From assembly GCA_964509675.1 (NCBI GenBank), contig CAZDXC010000002.1:71425-135424 (forward strand): 64,000 nt of DNA, in the 5' to 3' direction. Below the pieces are notes generated by a model. That model had not been told where the DNA came from and ran no database searches. It worked only from the letters and a program-made list of their open reading frames with translations. Position numbers and translations under genes: made by a program. Below, piece after piece: positions 49,172 through 59,037 of this stretch. The DNA is from Candidatus Woesearchaeota archaeon (GTDB taxonomy: Archaea; Nanobdellota; Nanobdellia; Pacearchaeales; GW2011-AR1). Positions within the stretch are counted from its first letter, which is position 1. Every line of letters starts with the position of its first letter.

Positions 49172-50032
49172 TTACTTAAATAAAAGCGGAGTAAAATATA
49201 CTTCTATTATTGCCGCGATTATTAAAATAAATAATGCAATAAATAGTAAAATTCCTACGTGTCTTAAAACCTTCATAAATTTTTTATCTGCAATTCCATG
49301 TCTTATGGCTCCTACACCAAACATTCCTCCTGCTAAAGCGGTCGTGAAATATGCCGCTATCTCTGGAAAACCATGGATCATATATCTCAATAAGCCAAGT
49401 GGGATTTCATGTATATTGTATCTAGTGAAAATTCCTATTGCTGCAGATATGACACTGGCGTTCCATGCCAAAACAAAAATGGCTCCTGCCCCAAAAATAA
49501 GAGAAAAAATTAATGTTAGTATCATAACTCCGAGATTGTTTCCAACTATCGACAAAAATCGTGCAATACCATTTGATGCACTTGAAGAAATTGTTCTGCT
49601 TGTGAGAGAATATTTGGCAATACAATCTTCTATACTTCCGGGGCTATTTATGCTGCAATAAGTTTCTATCTGTGCATTTAACAATTTTGGGTCCTGTAGA
49701 ATAACATTCCAAAAAGCAAAGGCAATGATAAAACCTAAGAAAAGCCATAAAAATGCATAAATTGCATCGCTGTGTGTTTTCCATACTGACAGAGCACCTT
49801 CTATTTGCTCATCTTCTTTTTCTTCCTGTTTGATTATAAAATACATAAAAGGAAGAGAAAACATAACACAAAATAAAACAACAATTAACCCGGAGAATTT
49901 TGACAGCACAGAATCTCCCTTAAAAATAAAATGCACCAATATAAGAGAAAGTGAAGCATACAAGAGTCCAATGAAAAACATTTTCCATGGTCCCCTTTCA
50001 GCCCTTTTTGGATTAATCATCGACTCTAACAT
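49172..50032 (-). CDS. SpoIIM/DUF95-family membrane protein
   Basis: I..NNL.V, WNASVI, HGFPEI.AY, AAIIEVY.TP. Confidence 0.85.
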   Translation of the reverse strand: MLESMINPKRAERGPWKMFFIGLLYASLSLILVHFIFKGDSVLSKFSGLIVVLFCVMFSLPFMYFIIKQEEKEDEQIEGALSVWKTHSDAIYAFLWLFLGFIIAFAFWNVILQDPKLLNAQIETYCSINSPGSIEDCIAKYSLTSRTISSSASNGIARFLSIVGNNLGVMILTLIFSLIFGAGAIFVLAWNASVISAAIGIFTRYNIHEIPLGLLRYMIHGFPEIAAYFTTALAGGMFGVGAIRHGIADKKFMKVLRHVGILLFIALFILIIAAIIEVYFTPLLFK

Positions 50033-50088
50033 TCAGTATAAAGAAAAAGAGATTTTTTAAACTTTCATATTCTATTTTTTATAATAAG

Positions 50089-50913
50089 ATGATACAAAAA
50101 AAAAGAGAAAAATTTGATAAAATTGCGAGAGATATAAAAAATGTTAAAATTCAGGGAGCAAGAAATATCGCAAGAGCTGCCCTTTGTGCTTATTCGCTTA
50201 TGCCAACGAAAACTTCAGCAAAAAAACTTTTGTCTCTTCGTCCTACAGAACCCATGCTAAAAAATGTTTTGATTTTAGCGGAAAAAAAACCTTATACTGA
50301 AATCCTGGAACATTTTGATTCTGCTCAAAACAAAATAAACAAATACATTTTAAAATTGATAAAGAATAATGATGTTATCTTTACTCACTGTCATTCAACA
50401 AATGTTTCTAATGCCTTAATATATGCTAAAAAGAAAGGAAAAAAATTTCAGGTTTATAATACAGAAACTCGTCCATTATTTCAAGGAAGAAAAACAGCAA
50501 AAGAACTTTCAAAGGCGAAAATAAAAGTAACTATGTTCGTTGATTCTGCTATTGAAGATATTTTGACAGGAGAGGGAAAATTAAAAAAGGTAGATAAAGT
50601 TTTTTTGGGGGCAGATGCTTTGCTTAACAACGGAATCATAAATAAAATAGGTAGTGAGTTAGTGGCAAGAATTGCAAAAGACGAGAGGATTCCTTTTTAT
50701 ATAGTAGCAGACTCATGGAAATTCACAAAAAGCAAGGTTTCTATAGAAAACAGAAATTTGAATGAAATATGGAATAATGCTCCTAAAAATGTAAAAATAA
50801 AAAATCCCGCCTTTGAGTTTGTAAGAAAAAAATATATTATGGGAATTGTGACTGAATTTGGCCTAATGAAATATGATAAGTTTTTAAGAAAAATGAAGAA
50901 TTATTCTTTATGA
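50089..50913 (+). CDS. Ribose-1,5-bisphosphate isomerase (eIF2B/IF-2B family)
   Basis: IQGA, RPTEP, THCHS (catalytic Cys), ETRP.FQG, GAD (catalytic Asp), INKIGS, NPAFE. Confidence 0.85.
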   Translation: MIQKKREKFDKIARDIKNVKIQGARNIARAALCAYSLMPTKTSAKKLLSLRPTEPMLKNVLILAEKKPYTEILEHFDSAQNKINKYILKLIKNNDVIFTHCHSTNVSNALIYAKKKGKKFQVYNTETRPLFQGRKTAKELSKAKIKVTMFVDSAIEDILTGEGKLKKVDKVFLGADALLNNGIINKIGSELVARIAKDERIPFYIVADSWKFTKSKVSIENRNLNEIWNNAPKNVKIKNPAFEFVRKKYIMGIVTEFGLMKYDKFLRKMKNYSL

Positions 50914-51317
50914 TTTGGGGGATTTTCTTTTTTCTGAATCTCCTCCATCATTGCTGTTAATTCTTTTCCGACTTCCTCTAAATTATCTTCTAATTCTTTT
51001 TTAATCTGCTCCAATTTTTTAATCTGTTCTTCAATGAGTTCCTTAGTTTCAGGAATGCTTTTTTTTACAAAATTGCCATTTCCAATATCAACATTTAATT
51101 TCTTGGATGTTATTTTTCCTTTTATAAAAATTCCTTTTCCGACAGAAGCAAATATTTCTTTGTCTTTTGAATTGACAAGTTCATCCAGTCCGAAATTTAT
51201 AGAATCAAGCTCAATTATCCCTTTCTCAACTGCCCTTATCTGTTCTTGAAGTTCCTGAATTTGCTTTTCAAAAATACTAAATTTAAAAAACAATTCCTGC
51301 TCCTGTTCTTCTGTCAT
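50901..51317 (-). CDS. pfdA: Prefoldin subunit alpha
   Basis: Coiled coils flanking two beta-hairpins: VGKGIFIKG...VDIGNGNFVKK. Confidence 0.9.
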   Translation of the reverse strand: MTEEQEQELFFKFSIFEKQIQELQEQIRAVEKGIIELDSINFGLDELVNSKDKEIFASVGKGIFIKGKITSKKLNVDIGNGNFVKKSIPETKELIEEQIKKLEQIKKELEDNLEEVGKELTAMMEEIQKKENPPNHKE

Positions 51318-51329
51318 AGGAATATATTC

Positions 51330-51866
51330 TTATACTACTTTTAAAACTTTTCTTAAAATACTACTAAGTATCATTGTAAAAATAAGATAAAACCAAAACC
51401 AGCTAAGAAATCCAAAAAATTTTGGCTGTCCGAGAGCAGCAAAAGTATCATAGAACCACCTGAAGAATAAAATAAAAGGGATTCCTGTAAATAAGACACT
51501 CCTGCTTGTTAGTTTGAATGTACGTGGAATAAATTCCAGTTGTTTTTTTGACAATTCAGCCATTTTTTCTGGATGGTCTCTGAATTTTTTCATTTCTTCC
51601 TGAAGAATTTTCTGCTCTTTTTTCAATTCCCTTAATGCTTTTTGGTCTGTGGCATATTTTTGGATAATTGTTGTTATCAATGTGATAATAAAGACAACCA
51701 AGAGCATCCCCAAAGTTAGATTCCAGTTTAATAAAGCTCCGGCACTTGGATCTAAAACACTATGCACTGCATTTTTAATGAATGGAACTCTATCCCAAAA
51801 AATTGCCATTGCCAAGGAGACAATCATTACGAAAATAATCGGAAAAAAACTTCCTTGCTTATTCAT
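51330..51866 (-). CDS. DUF106 / EMC3-TMCO1 (Oxa1-superfamily) membrane insertase
   Basis: TM, coiled coil (TDQKALRELKKEQK), T.IP...FF.W, W.WFY; usual position after secY. Confidence 0.88.
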   Translation of the reverse strand: MNKQGSFFPIIFVMIVSLAMAIFWDRVPFIKNAVHSVLDPSAGALLNWNLTLGMLLVVFIITLITTIIQKYATDQKALRELKKEQKILQEEMKKFRDHPEKMAELSKKQLEFIPRTFKLTSRSVLFTGIPFILFFRWFYDTFAALGQPKFFGFLSWFWFYLIFTMILSSILRKVLKVV

Positions 51867-51908
51867 TTCAATAGTAAACAAATTTAGTTTTTAAAATTTA
51901 GGTTTAAT

Positions 51909-53348
51909 TTACGAAGACATGAATTTTCTGAGTGCAGGATTCATATCTGTTTGATGCTGTTGAGCAATGCTCTGATAAAACTGGAAAAATATCATTATTA
52001 CAAGCAATATTGCTGTTCCTGATATTAATGCTCCCATAAGATTTGTTACAGAAGCCAAAAAACCAATCGCCATTCCTCCCATAACTGTTAAAGGCATTAT
52101 ATATCTTTCGAGTATGCTTTCCAGAACTCTTTCATCCTGTCTGAAACCTGCTATCTGCAATCCAGAAGAAGCAATTTTATGTGCCTGCGTTTTTGCATCC
52201 ATTCCAGATGTCTTAACCCAAAAAATTGCAAATATTGTGGACAAAATAACATAAATGAGGGTGTGTGTCAGTCCCTGAAGAAGATACCTCGGTAGAAAGC
52301 CCCCTCTTATTGTTAATTCAAGAAGATTTGTAGAGCCCATCCAAAATGCCAAACCAGAAACTGGTTGTCCTTCTACAAAATGTCCTAAAAATCCAAAATG
52401 AGAAGCAAATTTTGCAAGCCCTGTGCATGTTCCTCCTTCTATGAGGCATGGAGCAGCAGCATTTTCAAGTATTCCTCCAAATACCTGAAAACTCACAATG
52501 AGAGCAGCAGTTAAAATAACCGGAATTACAGAAGCATAGAAAAAAGACAATGGCCATTTCACACTATATCCTCTTAATTTTCCATATGCCAACGGGACTT
52601 CCACCTTAAGGGATTGTGTCCAGACTATAATTAAAAAAATCAATACTGTCACAATAATTGCTCCTGCTGCAGAAAGCAACTCTGTAGGATATTTGTTAAT
52701 TATTGCCTGTATTAATACAAAGACTTTTCCCGGACATGCAGTATTTCCAAAATCAAACAGACAATTTTTTCCCTGTTGATTTATGAATTGGAATGCACTC
52801 GTTATTAATCTCCAGGATGCTCCTGCGCCTATAAATAAACTGATCCCAGAACCAAATCCCCATTTGCTTGTCAAATCATCCATATAATAAATCGCTAATC
52901 CTCCTAATACTAATTGAAAAATCAGCAAAGGAGCTAATCCGGGAGCAGCTTGCAATCCCTGCATCAAAACATAAATTACTGCTTCAAGTATTATGAAAAA
53001 GAAAGTCAGAATTCTCTGAATTCCCTGAAAGAATTTTCTGCCTTCAGTAGTCGTGGTATCTATGTTTAAGATTCCGCTTCCTGTTAATAATTGCAAAATA
53101 ACAGAAGCCATTACAATAGGACCAATCCCAAGAGAGATAATGCTTCCAAAATCAGTTCCAAGAATTATAGCTAAATATTTAAACCTGTCAAGAGCATTAT
53201 TTGACAAGCCAAAAAGAGGAATATTTGTCAAAATAAAAAAGGCTACCAAAACTATTAGTGTCCATTTTAATTTTATATTAAAACTTAATTTTTTTTCTTC
53301 AGGACTCTTTACTTCAGGGATAAACTGAAATATTTTTCTAAAATCCAT
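51909..53348 (-). CDS. secY: Protein translocase subunit SecY (Sec61 alpha)
   Basis: PEV..P, KLKWT, LGIGPIV.AS, KWGFGSGISLFI, YASVIPVIL, GTAILL. Confidence 0.98.
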   Translation of the reverse strand: MDFRKIFQFIPEVKSPEEKKLSFNIKLKWTLIVLVAFFILTNIPLFGLSNNALDRFKYLAIILGTDFGSIISLGIGPIVMASVILQLLTGSGILNIDTTTTEGRKFFQGIQRILTFFFIILEAVIYVLMQGLQAAPGLAPLLIFQLVLGGLAIYYMDDLTSKWGFGSGISLFIGAGASWRLITSAFQFINQQGKNCLFDFGNTACPGKVFVLIQAIINKYPTELLSAAGAIIVTVLIFLIIVWTQSLKVEVPLAYGKLRGYSVKWPLSFFYASVIPVILTAALIVSFQVFGGILENAAAPCLIEGGTCTGLAKFASHFGFLGHFVEGQPVSGLAFWMGSTNLLELTIRGGFLPRYLLQGLTHTLIYVILSTIFAIFWVKTSGMDAKTQAHKIASSGLQIAGFRQDERVLESILERYIMPLTVMGGMAIGFLASVTNLMGALISGTAILLVIMIFFQFYQSIAQQHQTDMNPALRKFMSS

Positions 53349-53460
53349 TATGCAAAATCTCCTCTCCTTTTTCAGTGTTTTGCGATGCGTATGCGTAATC
53401 GCATTTTGTATTTACAAGTTCATAAGAACTGAGGACTTTGAAAAATTTCCTGTTTTTCAT
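53338..53460 (-). other. Intergenic element with 40-aa mini-ORF bridging uL15 and secY, plus hairpin and GGAGAGGAG SD-like motif
   Basis: ATG 1 nt after the uL15 stop, open to TAG at 53338. TGCGAT/ATCGCA inverted repeat at 53381-53403. Shares CTGAGGACT..GAAAAATTT with 61039-61057. Confidence 0.4.
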
Positions 53461-53461
53461 A

Positions 53462-53899
53462 TTATTTTAACTGAATTTCTCCACCCCTCTTTTTTACTTT
53501 CTCTATTGCAGACTTTGAAGCTTTATTTGCTCTTATAATTAGCTTGTTTTTCACTTCCCCTGTTCCCAATATTTTATAACTCTTCAAATTAATTTCCCAT
53601 TTGTCACCCTGCTTTTTTCCATAACTTTCCAGATTATTTTCTATTGTTTCTAGATTGATTTTTTTCTCCTGATTTTTTTCTGTTTTTTTGCTTGTTATTC
53701 CCTGCTTTCCAAAATATTTATTTCCGTAGAGTTTTGTAATAAGAGTTTTTTTCTGGTCTGCCCTTTTTCCTGTTCCAGACATTCCTTTTCCTCCTCTGTG
53801 TCCTTTTTTCTTGTGCTTTTTTCTTTCACCCCAACCATGGCTTCCTCTGCCTCTTCCATTCATTCTTGAAGATTTTTTTCTTTTGTGAGTTTTTATCAT
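53462..53899 (-). CDS. rpl15: 50S ribosomal protein uL15
   Basis: SHGWG..KKH...GHRGGKG, YFGKQG, KILGTG, ASKSAIEKV...GG. Confidence 0.96.
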   Translation of the reverse strand: MIKTHKRKKSSRMNGRGRGSHGWGERKKHKKKGHRGGKGMSGTGKRADQKKTLITKLYGNKYFGKQGITSKKTEKNQEKKINLETIENNLESYGKKQGDKWEINLKSYKILGTGEVKNKLIIRANKASKSAIEKVKKRGGEIQLK

Positions 53900-53900
53900 C

Positions 53901-54254
53901 TTATAACATCCTTTCAATTAAATCATTTATTTTATTTTTATTGTCTCCCAGGACTCCCTTTCCTGTTCCAAAATTTTTTTTGCTTTCAATTCCTCCTCTT
54001 GGAGGATGTAACCTGAAATATTTTTTTGATTTTGAGAATTTCTCTCTCGCTTCAACTAATTTTTTAAATGTTTCCTGATTTATCTCTCCGAATGCAACAA
54101 AATTTTTTACTTTTTCTATCATTCCTGACTCTTCTGATTTTGGATTTTCCAAAATAACGCATGAATATTTTTTCTTTACCCCGAGTCTCTTTAGAGTTTC
54201 TTCTATCTCTTTCCTTATCTTAACTTTTCCTTTTATTCTGATAACTGCTATCAT
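53901..54254 (-). CDS. rpl30: 50S ribosomal protein uL30
   Basis: IAVIRIKG, ETLKRL, VAFGEI, FRLHPPRGG, INDLIERM. Confidence 0.96.
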   Translation of the reverse strand: MIAVIRIKGKVKIRKEIEETLKRLGVKKKYSCVILENPKSEESGMIEKVKNFVAFGEINQETFKKLVEAREKFSKSKKYFRLHPPRGGIESKKNFGTGKGVLGDNKNKINDLIERML

Positions 54255-54256
54255 CT

Positions 54257-55024
54257 TTAATCTCCTTTCTGATTTGTTTTTTTCAGTGCATCAATACAAG
54301 CCTTAATTAAATTAAAAGTTGTCCTTTTTTTTCCGAATGTCTTGCTATAAATGTCTTTTATTCCTGCTAATTTTAATATCTTCTTTAATTCACTCGCAAC
54401 TACAAGTCCAGTTCCTTGAGGTGCAGGAACCAAAATGATTCTTACGCTTCCTGATTTTCCTTCTACTCTGAATGGAATGCTGTGGGGTTCATCACATGCA
54501 CAATCAAAACTGGCGCAACCTCTTGTTACTTTTATGATATTTAACTTTGCTTTTCTTATTGCCTTGTCTCTTGCAGGCAAGGTTTCTTTTGCTCTTCCCA
54601 TACCAATCCCAACATGCCCGTTTTCATCTCCAACAACAGCAAGAGTCGAAAAGGTGGGGATATTTCCTTCTTTTGTTTTTCTTTGTGTTTGTTTCCATGC
54701 ACGCCTTTTTCCTCCACCAAATTTTCCTTTTGATTGTCCTATTGAGATTAAATCAGATTTAATATCCAATAAAGCATCAACAATTTGCTCTTCAAGAATT
54801 TTCTTTCCAGAATCAAGTATTTCATCTATATCTTTTATTTTTTTTGCCTTTACTTCTTTTCCAAGGTTTGTCTTTGGTTTCCACGAAGCAATTTCAGTAT
54901 CTTTTTCTTTTTCTTTTTCAGTTCTTTCATCAACTTCTAATTCCTTGTCCATTTCTTTCTCAAGCAATTCTTCACTGATTTCCTCAGCAGTTCTTTCTTC
55001 ATTCTTTTTTTCTTTTTCAGTCAT
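54257..55024 (-). CDS. rps5: 30S ribosomal protein uS5
   Basis: WKPKTNLG, VVGDENGHVG, PHSIPFRVEGKSGSV, PAPQGTGLV. Confidence 0.97.
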   Translation of the reverse strand: MTEKEKKNEERTAEEISEELLEKEMDKELEVDERTEKEKEKDTEIASWKPKTNLGKEVKAKKIKDIDEILDSGKKILEEQIVDALLDIKSDLISIGQSKGKFGGGKRRAWKQTQRKTKEGNIPTFSTLAVVGDENGHVGIGMGRAKETLPARDKAIRKAKLNIIKVTRGCASFDCACDEPHSIPFRVEGKSGSVRIILVPAPQGTGLVVASELKKILKLAGIKDIYSKTFGKKRTTFNLIKACIDALKKTNQKGD

Positions 55025-55518
55025 TTTTTGTTTTCTATATTTGATTTAATTTCTTTGAATTTATTTGAAAAATCTTCTTTCATATTTTTTCCGGTTATTC
55101 TTTCTTCTTCTGGAAATTGCTTCTCATTGTATTTTATCTTAATACCTGCATCACCAACGCCTCTTAAGAAAGCATATCCTTTATTTTTATCCAAAACTCT
55201 CATCATTCCAAAATCAATAATTGGGGTTTCCAATTTCTTTTTAATTATCTCTTTTCCGATAAGCAGTCCTGTCAAATATGCAGCAGCAATAGATTTCAAA
55301 CTTCCTTCAAATGTTTCAGGCCATCCAAACTCTTTTAATTTTTTAGAAGTTAATCCTATTTCAACTTTGTCCTGCGCTTCTTTACTTATTATATATTGAG
55401 CAATTAGGTACTTGTTTGTTTTTCTAAAAACCAACCTTGGAGAGTTAGATTTCAGCAATTTCAGTCTTTTTCCATAATCTGTTTTTCTTTCTAGTTTTCT
55501 TTTCTTTGGAATTTTCAT
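55021..55518 (-). CDS. rpl18: 50S ribosomal protein uL18
   Basis: KTDYGKRLKLL, PRLVFRKTN, AAYLTGLL. Confidence 0.96.
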   Translation of the reverse strand: MKIPKKRKLERKTDYGKRLKLLKSNSPRLVFRKTNKYLIAQYIISKEAQDKVEIGLTSKKLKEFGWPETFEGSLKSIAAAYLTGLLIGKEIIKKKLETPIIDFGMMRVLDKNKGYAFLRGVGDAGIKIKYNEKQFPEEERITGKNMKEDFSNKFKEIKSNIENKK

Positions 55519-55910
55519 TTTTTCCCTCCAAGATGTTCTTTAAGATGAGATTTACTTCTAAAAAATTTGTTTCTTATTTTTTTTCTTATATCTTTTCTTT
55601 CTTTTATGGTCAATTTTTCTTTGTTTTGTGCAAGGTGCTTTCTTAATTTTTTTGTAAGTGCTACATAATCTTTTTTTCTTCTATTGACTTTTTTTCTGAC
55701 ATTTCCTATTGTTCTTCTTTTCTTTTTCCTTGTTTTTCTTCTTCCCTTGATACTTTTTATCATTATGGCACCATCTTTATGTAAATCCCTTATATCTTGT
55801 TTTGTAATTGCTTCTTTTATCTCATCCAGCCTGGGCTCAAGAAACTCAATCCTTGATATTCCTACTTCAAAAGTTTTTGCTGCCAATGCCTTTTTCTTTC
55901 TTAGATTCAT
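55515..55910 (-). CDS. rpl19e: 50S ribosomal protein eL19
   Basis: MNLRKKKALAA...VG..RI, AITKQDIR.L..DG.I; operon position. Confidence 0.93.
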   Translation of the reverse strand: MNLRKKKALAAKTFEVGISRIEFLEPRLDEIKEAITKQDIRDLHKDGAIMIKSIKGRRKTRKKKRRTIGNVRKKVNRRKKDYVALTKKLRKHLAQNKEKLTIKERKDIRKKIRNKFFRSKSHLKEHLGGKK

Positions 55911-56317
55911 TTCTTTTTCTCCTGATTTTTTTCTGCTTTCATTTCTTTTATTTTTATTTTCTTTAGCATTTTGTTTATGTTTATATTATGAACAGCAATT
56001 CCTTTTTCTTTTGCCTTTTTTGCTATTTCTGTTTTTTTTCTTTTTCCAATCTTTCCGAGAATCGCAATTTCTCCTTTTTGGATTTTTTCAAACTCTTTTA
56101 AATTATTGACTAATACAGGTTTTTTCTCTTTTATCTTGTTTCTTTTTTTCTTTTCTTGCTTAAATCCTACCATTACTTTAACAGGATAGCCTTTTCTTTT
56201 CTCTCTTGTTTTACTATGTCTTCCCTTTGGAGCCCTCCATGTTTGTTTTTTCTTTCTCTTTTTTCCTAGCCTTGAATATTTGTTCCAGTTTCTTCTTATG
56301 AATTTTGTTTTTTTCAT
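55907..56317 (-). CDS. rpl32e: 50S ribosomal protein eL32
   Basis: KF.R, WRAPKGRHSKTR...KG.P..V.VG; operon position. Confidence 0.93.
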   Translation of the reverse strand: MKKTKFIRRNWNKYSRLGKKRKKKQTWRAPKGRHSKTREKRKGYPVKVMVGFKQEKKKRNKIKEKKPVLVNNLKEFEKIQKGEIAILGKIGKRKKTEIAKKAKEKGIAVHNININKMLKKIKIKEMKAEKNQEKKK

Positions 56318-56856
56318 ATTTCTTTTCCTGCTTTATTTATCATGAAAATTCCATCCTGGAACACTCTTCTGTCCCTATTAGATATTCTTGTTACATTTTC
56401 AAAATTTGCAGCAGCCTGTCCTGCCTTTTCTATATCAGAAGAAGTTACTGTTATGATATCTTTATCTACCTTTACTTCTGCTCCTTCAGGAATTTTTACC
56501 TTTCTTGGGGTTCTCTCTCCTAAAAAATTCTTTATTAGTGCTTCATTTCCTTTAATCTCAACACTAATGGGAAAATGACTGAAACATATTTTTAATTTAT
56601 ATTCGAAATTTTCTTTAGCTCCTTTTATCATATTTCTAATATGTGCTGTTATAGTGTTCATTTTTCTTTTTTCTTTTTTTGAAGATTTTTTATTTCCGAT
56701 TATTATTTCTTTTCCCTTTTTCTCTAAGGTTAAATTGGATATATCAAATTCTCTTTCATTTGTTTTTTCTTTTCCTTTTACAATTACTTTAGCTCCGTCT
56801 ATTTCTATGTCTATTCCTTCTGGGATCCCAATTTTTTGAAATAATTCTTTATGCAT
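56314..56856 (-). CDS. rpl6: 50S ribosomal protein uL6
   Basis: IPEG, AHIRNMIKG, SHFPI, NFLGER.PR, DRRVFQDGI. Confidence 0.97.
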   Translation of the reverse strand: MHKELFQKIGIPEGIDIEIDGAKVIVKGKEKTNEREFDISNLTLEKKGKEIIIGNKKSSKKEKRKMNTITAHIRNMIKGAKENFEYKLKICFSHFPISVEIKGNEALIKNFLGERTPRKVKIPEGAEVKVDKDIITVTSSDIEKAGQAAANFENVTRISNRDRRVFQDGIFMINKAGKEI

Positions 56857-56858
56857 TT

Positions 56859-57239
56859 TTAATAAAAGTAAGCAATAAGACTTCCTCCAATCTTTTCTTC
56901 ATGAGCCTCTTCATGCGTTACTAATCCTTTATTTGTTGATATGATCATAGTTCCAATTCCCCTTGCGGGAAGGTATCTTCTCTCATATTTTTCTATTTGA
57001 TTTTTTTTAACTGTGAACCTTGGTTTTATTGCCTTGCATTCAGAAAGTTCCCCCAGACTTATTTCTACACTTTTCTTTTTGGGGTTGATTTTGTATTTCT
57101 TTATAGCATTTTTTTGTTTCATTATTTTTAGAATCTCAATTAACAAATTTGACATTTTCATTATTTCTATTCTTTCCTTTCCTGCCTTCTTTGCATTCCT
57201 TATCATGTTCAATGCATCAGCAACAATATCCTGTGACAT
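56859..57239 (-). CDS. rps8: 30S ribosomal protein uS8
   Basis: DIVADALN.IRNA, IKPRF, RYLPA, STNKGL.TH.EA....IGG.LIAY. Confidence 0.97.
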   Translation of the reverse strand: MSQDIVADALNMIRNAKKAGKERIEIMKMSNLLIEILKIMKQKNAIKKYKINPKKKSVEISLGELSECKAIKPRFTVKKNQIEKYERRYLPARGIGTMIISTNKGLVTHEEAHEEKIGGSLIAYFY

Positions 57240-57240
57240 T

Positions 57241-57471
57241 TTAACTATATTTTTTAAAGCCGATTTCTTCTGCTACTTCTCTGAAACAGTGTCGGCATAA
57301 ATTTAATCCATAGGACTTGATATGTGCGCCAAACCTTCCACAACGTTCGCATTTTTTTGCGGCGATTCCCCCCTTTCTTTCTTTTGGTTTATTATGCTTC
57401 AGGAACCTTTCCATTTTTGCCGGTTTGTTTTTCAGTTGTTTTAATATTTTTTTCCAATCACTTGCTGTCAT
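57241..57471 (-). CDS. rps14: 30S ribosomal protein uS14 (zinc-ribbon type)
   Basis: CERCG...[19 protein letters not shown]. Confidence 0.96.
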   Translation of the reverse strand: MTASDWKKILKQLKNKPAKMERFLKHNKPKERKGGIAAKKCERCGRFGAHIKSYGLNLCRHCFREVAEEIGFKKYS

Positions 57472-57476
57472 TTTGC

Positions 57477-57974
57477 CTAAGAAAATTCTGTCTGAAAATT
57501 CTCCTCCATAAATTTAATTATTTCTTCTGATGTTATTTTTTGTCTCGCAGGAATTTTCCCTCTTTTTATTTTTTTTATTCTAGATCTTTTTCCTGCCCTT
57601 TTGAACACTACTGTAACATCCAAACCCATAATTCCTATATCTCTTTGGTATTCCATTCCAGGAATTTCAATATATTCTTTAATTCCAAAAGAAAAATTGT
57701 TTGTGCTTATCTGTTTTTTCCTTAATTTATTATCTATAACAACCAACATCCTTTTCAGAATTTCGTTGATGTTTTTTCTGATTGTGACCATTGCACCCAC
57801 TTCTAATCCTGGACGAACTCCGAAGGCAGGAATTCTTTTATGAGATTTCATCTTAGCTGGTTTTTTTCCTGTAATCAGTTTTAGCAATTTTACTCCCTTT
57901 TCCAATTGTTCCGCAGTTCCGCCTATGCTTAACACAATTTTTTCTATTTTTATCGCTTGCATTTTTTCTGCCAT
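57477..57974 (-). CDS. rpl5: 50S ribosomal protein uL5
   Basis: [37 protein letters not shown]. Confidence 0.97.
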   Translation of the reverse strand: MAEKMQAIKIEKIVLSIGGTAEQLEKGVKLLKLITGKKPAKMKSHKRIPAFGVRPGLEVGAMVTIRKNINEILKRMLVVIDNKLRKKQISTNNFSFGIKEYIEIPGMEYQRDIGIMGLDVTVVFKRAGKRSRIKKIKRGKIPARQKITSEEIIKFMEENFQTEFS

Positions 57975-57975
57975 C

Positions 57976-58626
57976 TTATTCCACCACCATCAGTTGTTTT
58001 AACAAGATATTGATCTCTTTTTTGCCTATCTTAACTTTTGCAGTTTTTCCTTTTAAATCTAATTTTTCCATTTCTCCTCTCTTTCCTATATGTTTTCCTG
58101 CAAATATGATTACTTTTTCTTTTTCCTTTAAGGGAAGGCATTTTTCTATCTTTCTTTCCTTTAAATTAACAACAACAGAATCATTAATCTTGCATTTGAT
58201 CTCTGACAAAAAGTTTCTTCCGTCACTTAAATTTAACTGAGCTTTCTTTCCTTTTAATATTTTTTTATTGATTATTTTTACTATTTTTTTACTTGTTTCA
58301 CTTTCTTTTATTTCTTTAAGATAAAATTTTCCCTTTTCAGAGAGCTCCAATCTGTAATATTTTTTCAAGGGAATCATATTAATGGTGTCAAATAATAAAA
58401 TAGTATTTTTTTCATTTGTTATTGGTTTTTCATTTACCAATACATTTTTTGAATGGATTATTTTTTTTACTTCATTTCTGTTTTGGGCTATCTTTAACAT
58501 ATCCCTAAGTACAATCAGTGTTGGAACCCCTTCTCTTATGCTGAATTTTGGTTTAACTACATATTTTTTTCCTTTTCTTGCTATTGGCCAGTTCTTTGGC
58601 ATTGATTGTCTTTTTATGTGATTCAT
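57976..58626 (-). CDS. rps4e: 30S ribosomal protein eS4
   Basis: HIKRQ..PK.WPI.RK, LRD.LK.A, QLNLSDGRN, GKHIG. Confidence 0.95.
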   Translation of the reverse strand: MNHIKRQSMPKNWPIARKGKKYVVKPKFSIREGVPTLIVLRDMLKIAQNRNEVKKIIHSKNVLVNEKPITNEKNTILLFDTINMIPLKKYYRLELSEKGKFYLKEIKESETSKKIVKIINKKILKGKKAQLNLSDGRNFLSEIKCKINDSVVVNLKERKIEKCLPLKEKEKVIIFAGKHIGKRGEMEKLDLKGKTAKVKIGKKEINILLKQLMVVE

Positions 58627-59036
58627 TTCTTTTTCTCCTGAGTTTTACTTTCTGTTTTTTTCTCTTTTTGAGCTTTAATCCTTTTTTTATCTTCTAAATC
58701 TAGTTCAATAATTTGTAGATTCGAAGGATGTATTTTCACGTTAACTTTGCTTCCGTCTTGTTTTTTTATCATAATTCCTTCTATCCTTATTTTTGAATTT
58801 TTTACATCTATGGATATTATTTTTCCCTGTTTTTTTCTGAATTTTCCTTTCATAATTTTAACAGTGTCTCCTTTTCTTGCAGGAATGTTTCTTCTGGTGT
58901 ATTTTTTTCTTAATTCTTTTGATAAATTTACACCCAATAATTTTCTTTTTATATGCAAAGGAGCATTTGCTAAGTATTTTCTCTGCCTACGTGGCTGAGA
59001 ACTTGCCTTCCAATGTTTGCTGAATTTTTGTTTCAT
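58623..59036 (-). CDS. rpl24: 50S ribosomal protein uL24
   Basis: SSQPRRQRK...NAPLH, LSKELR, KGDTVKIMKG, IHPSNL. Start is ATG 59036. Confidence 0.96.
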   Translation of the reverse strand: MKQKFSKHWKASSQPRRQRKYLANAPLHIKRKLLGVNLSKELRKKYTRRNIPARKGDTVKIMKGKFRKKQGKIISIDVKNSKIRIEGIMIKKQDGSKVNVKIHPSNLQIIELDLEDKKRIKAQKEKKTESKTQEKKK

Positions 59037-59037
59037 T

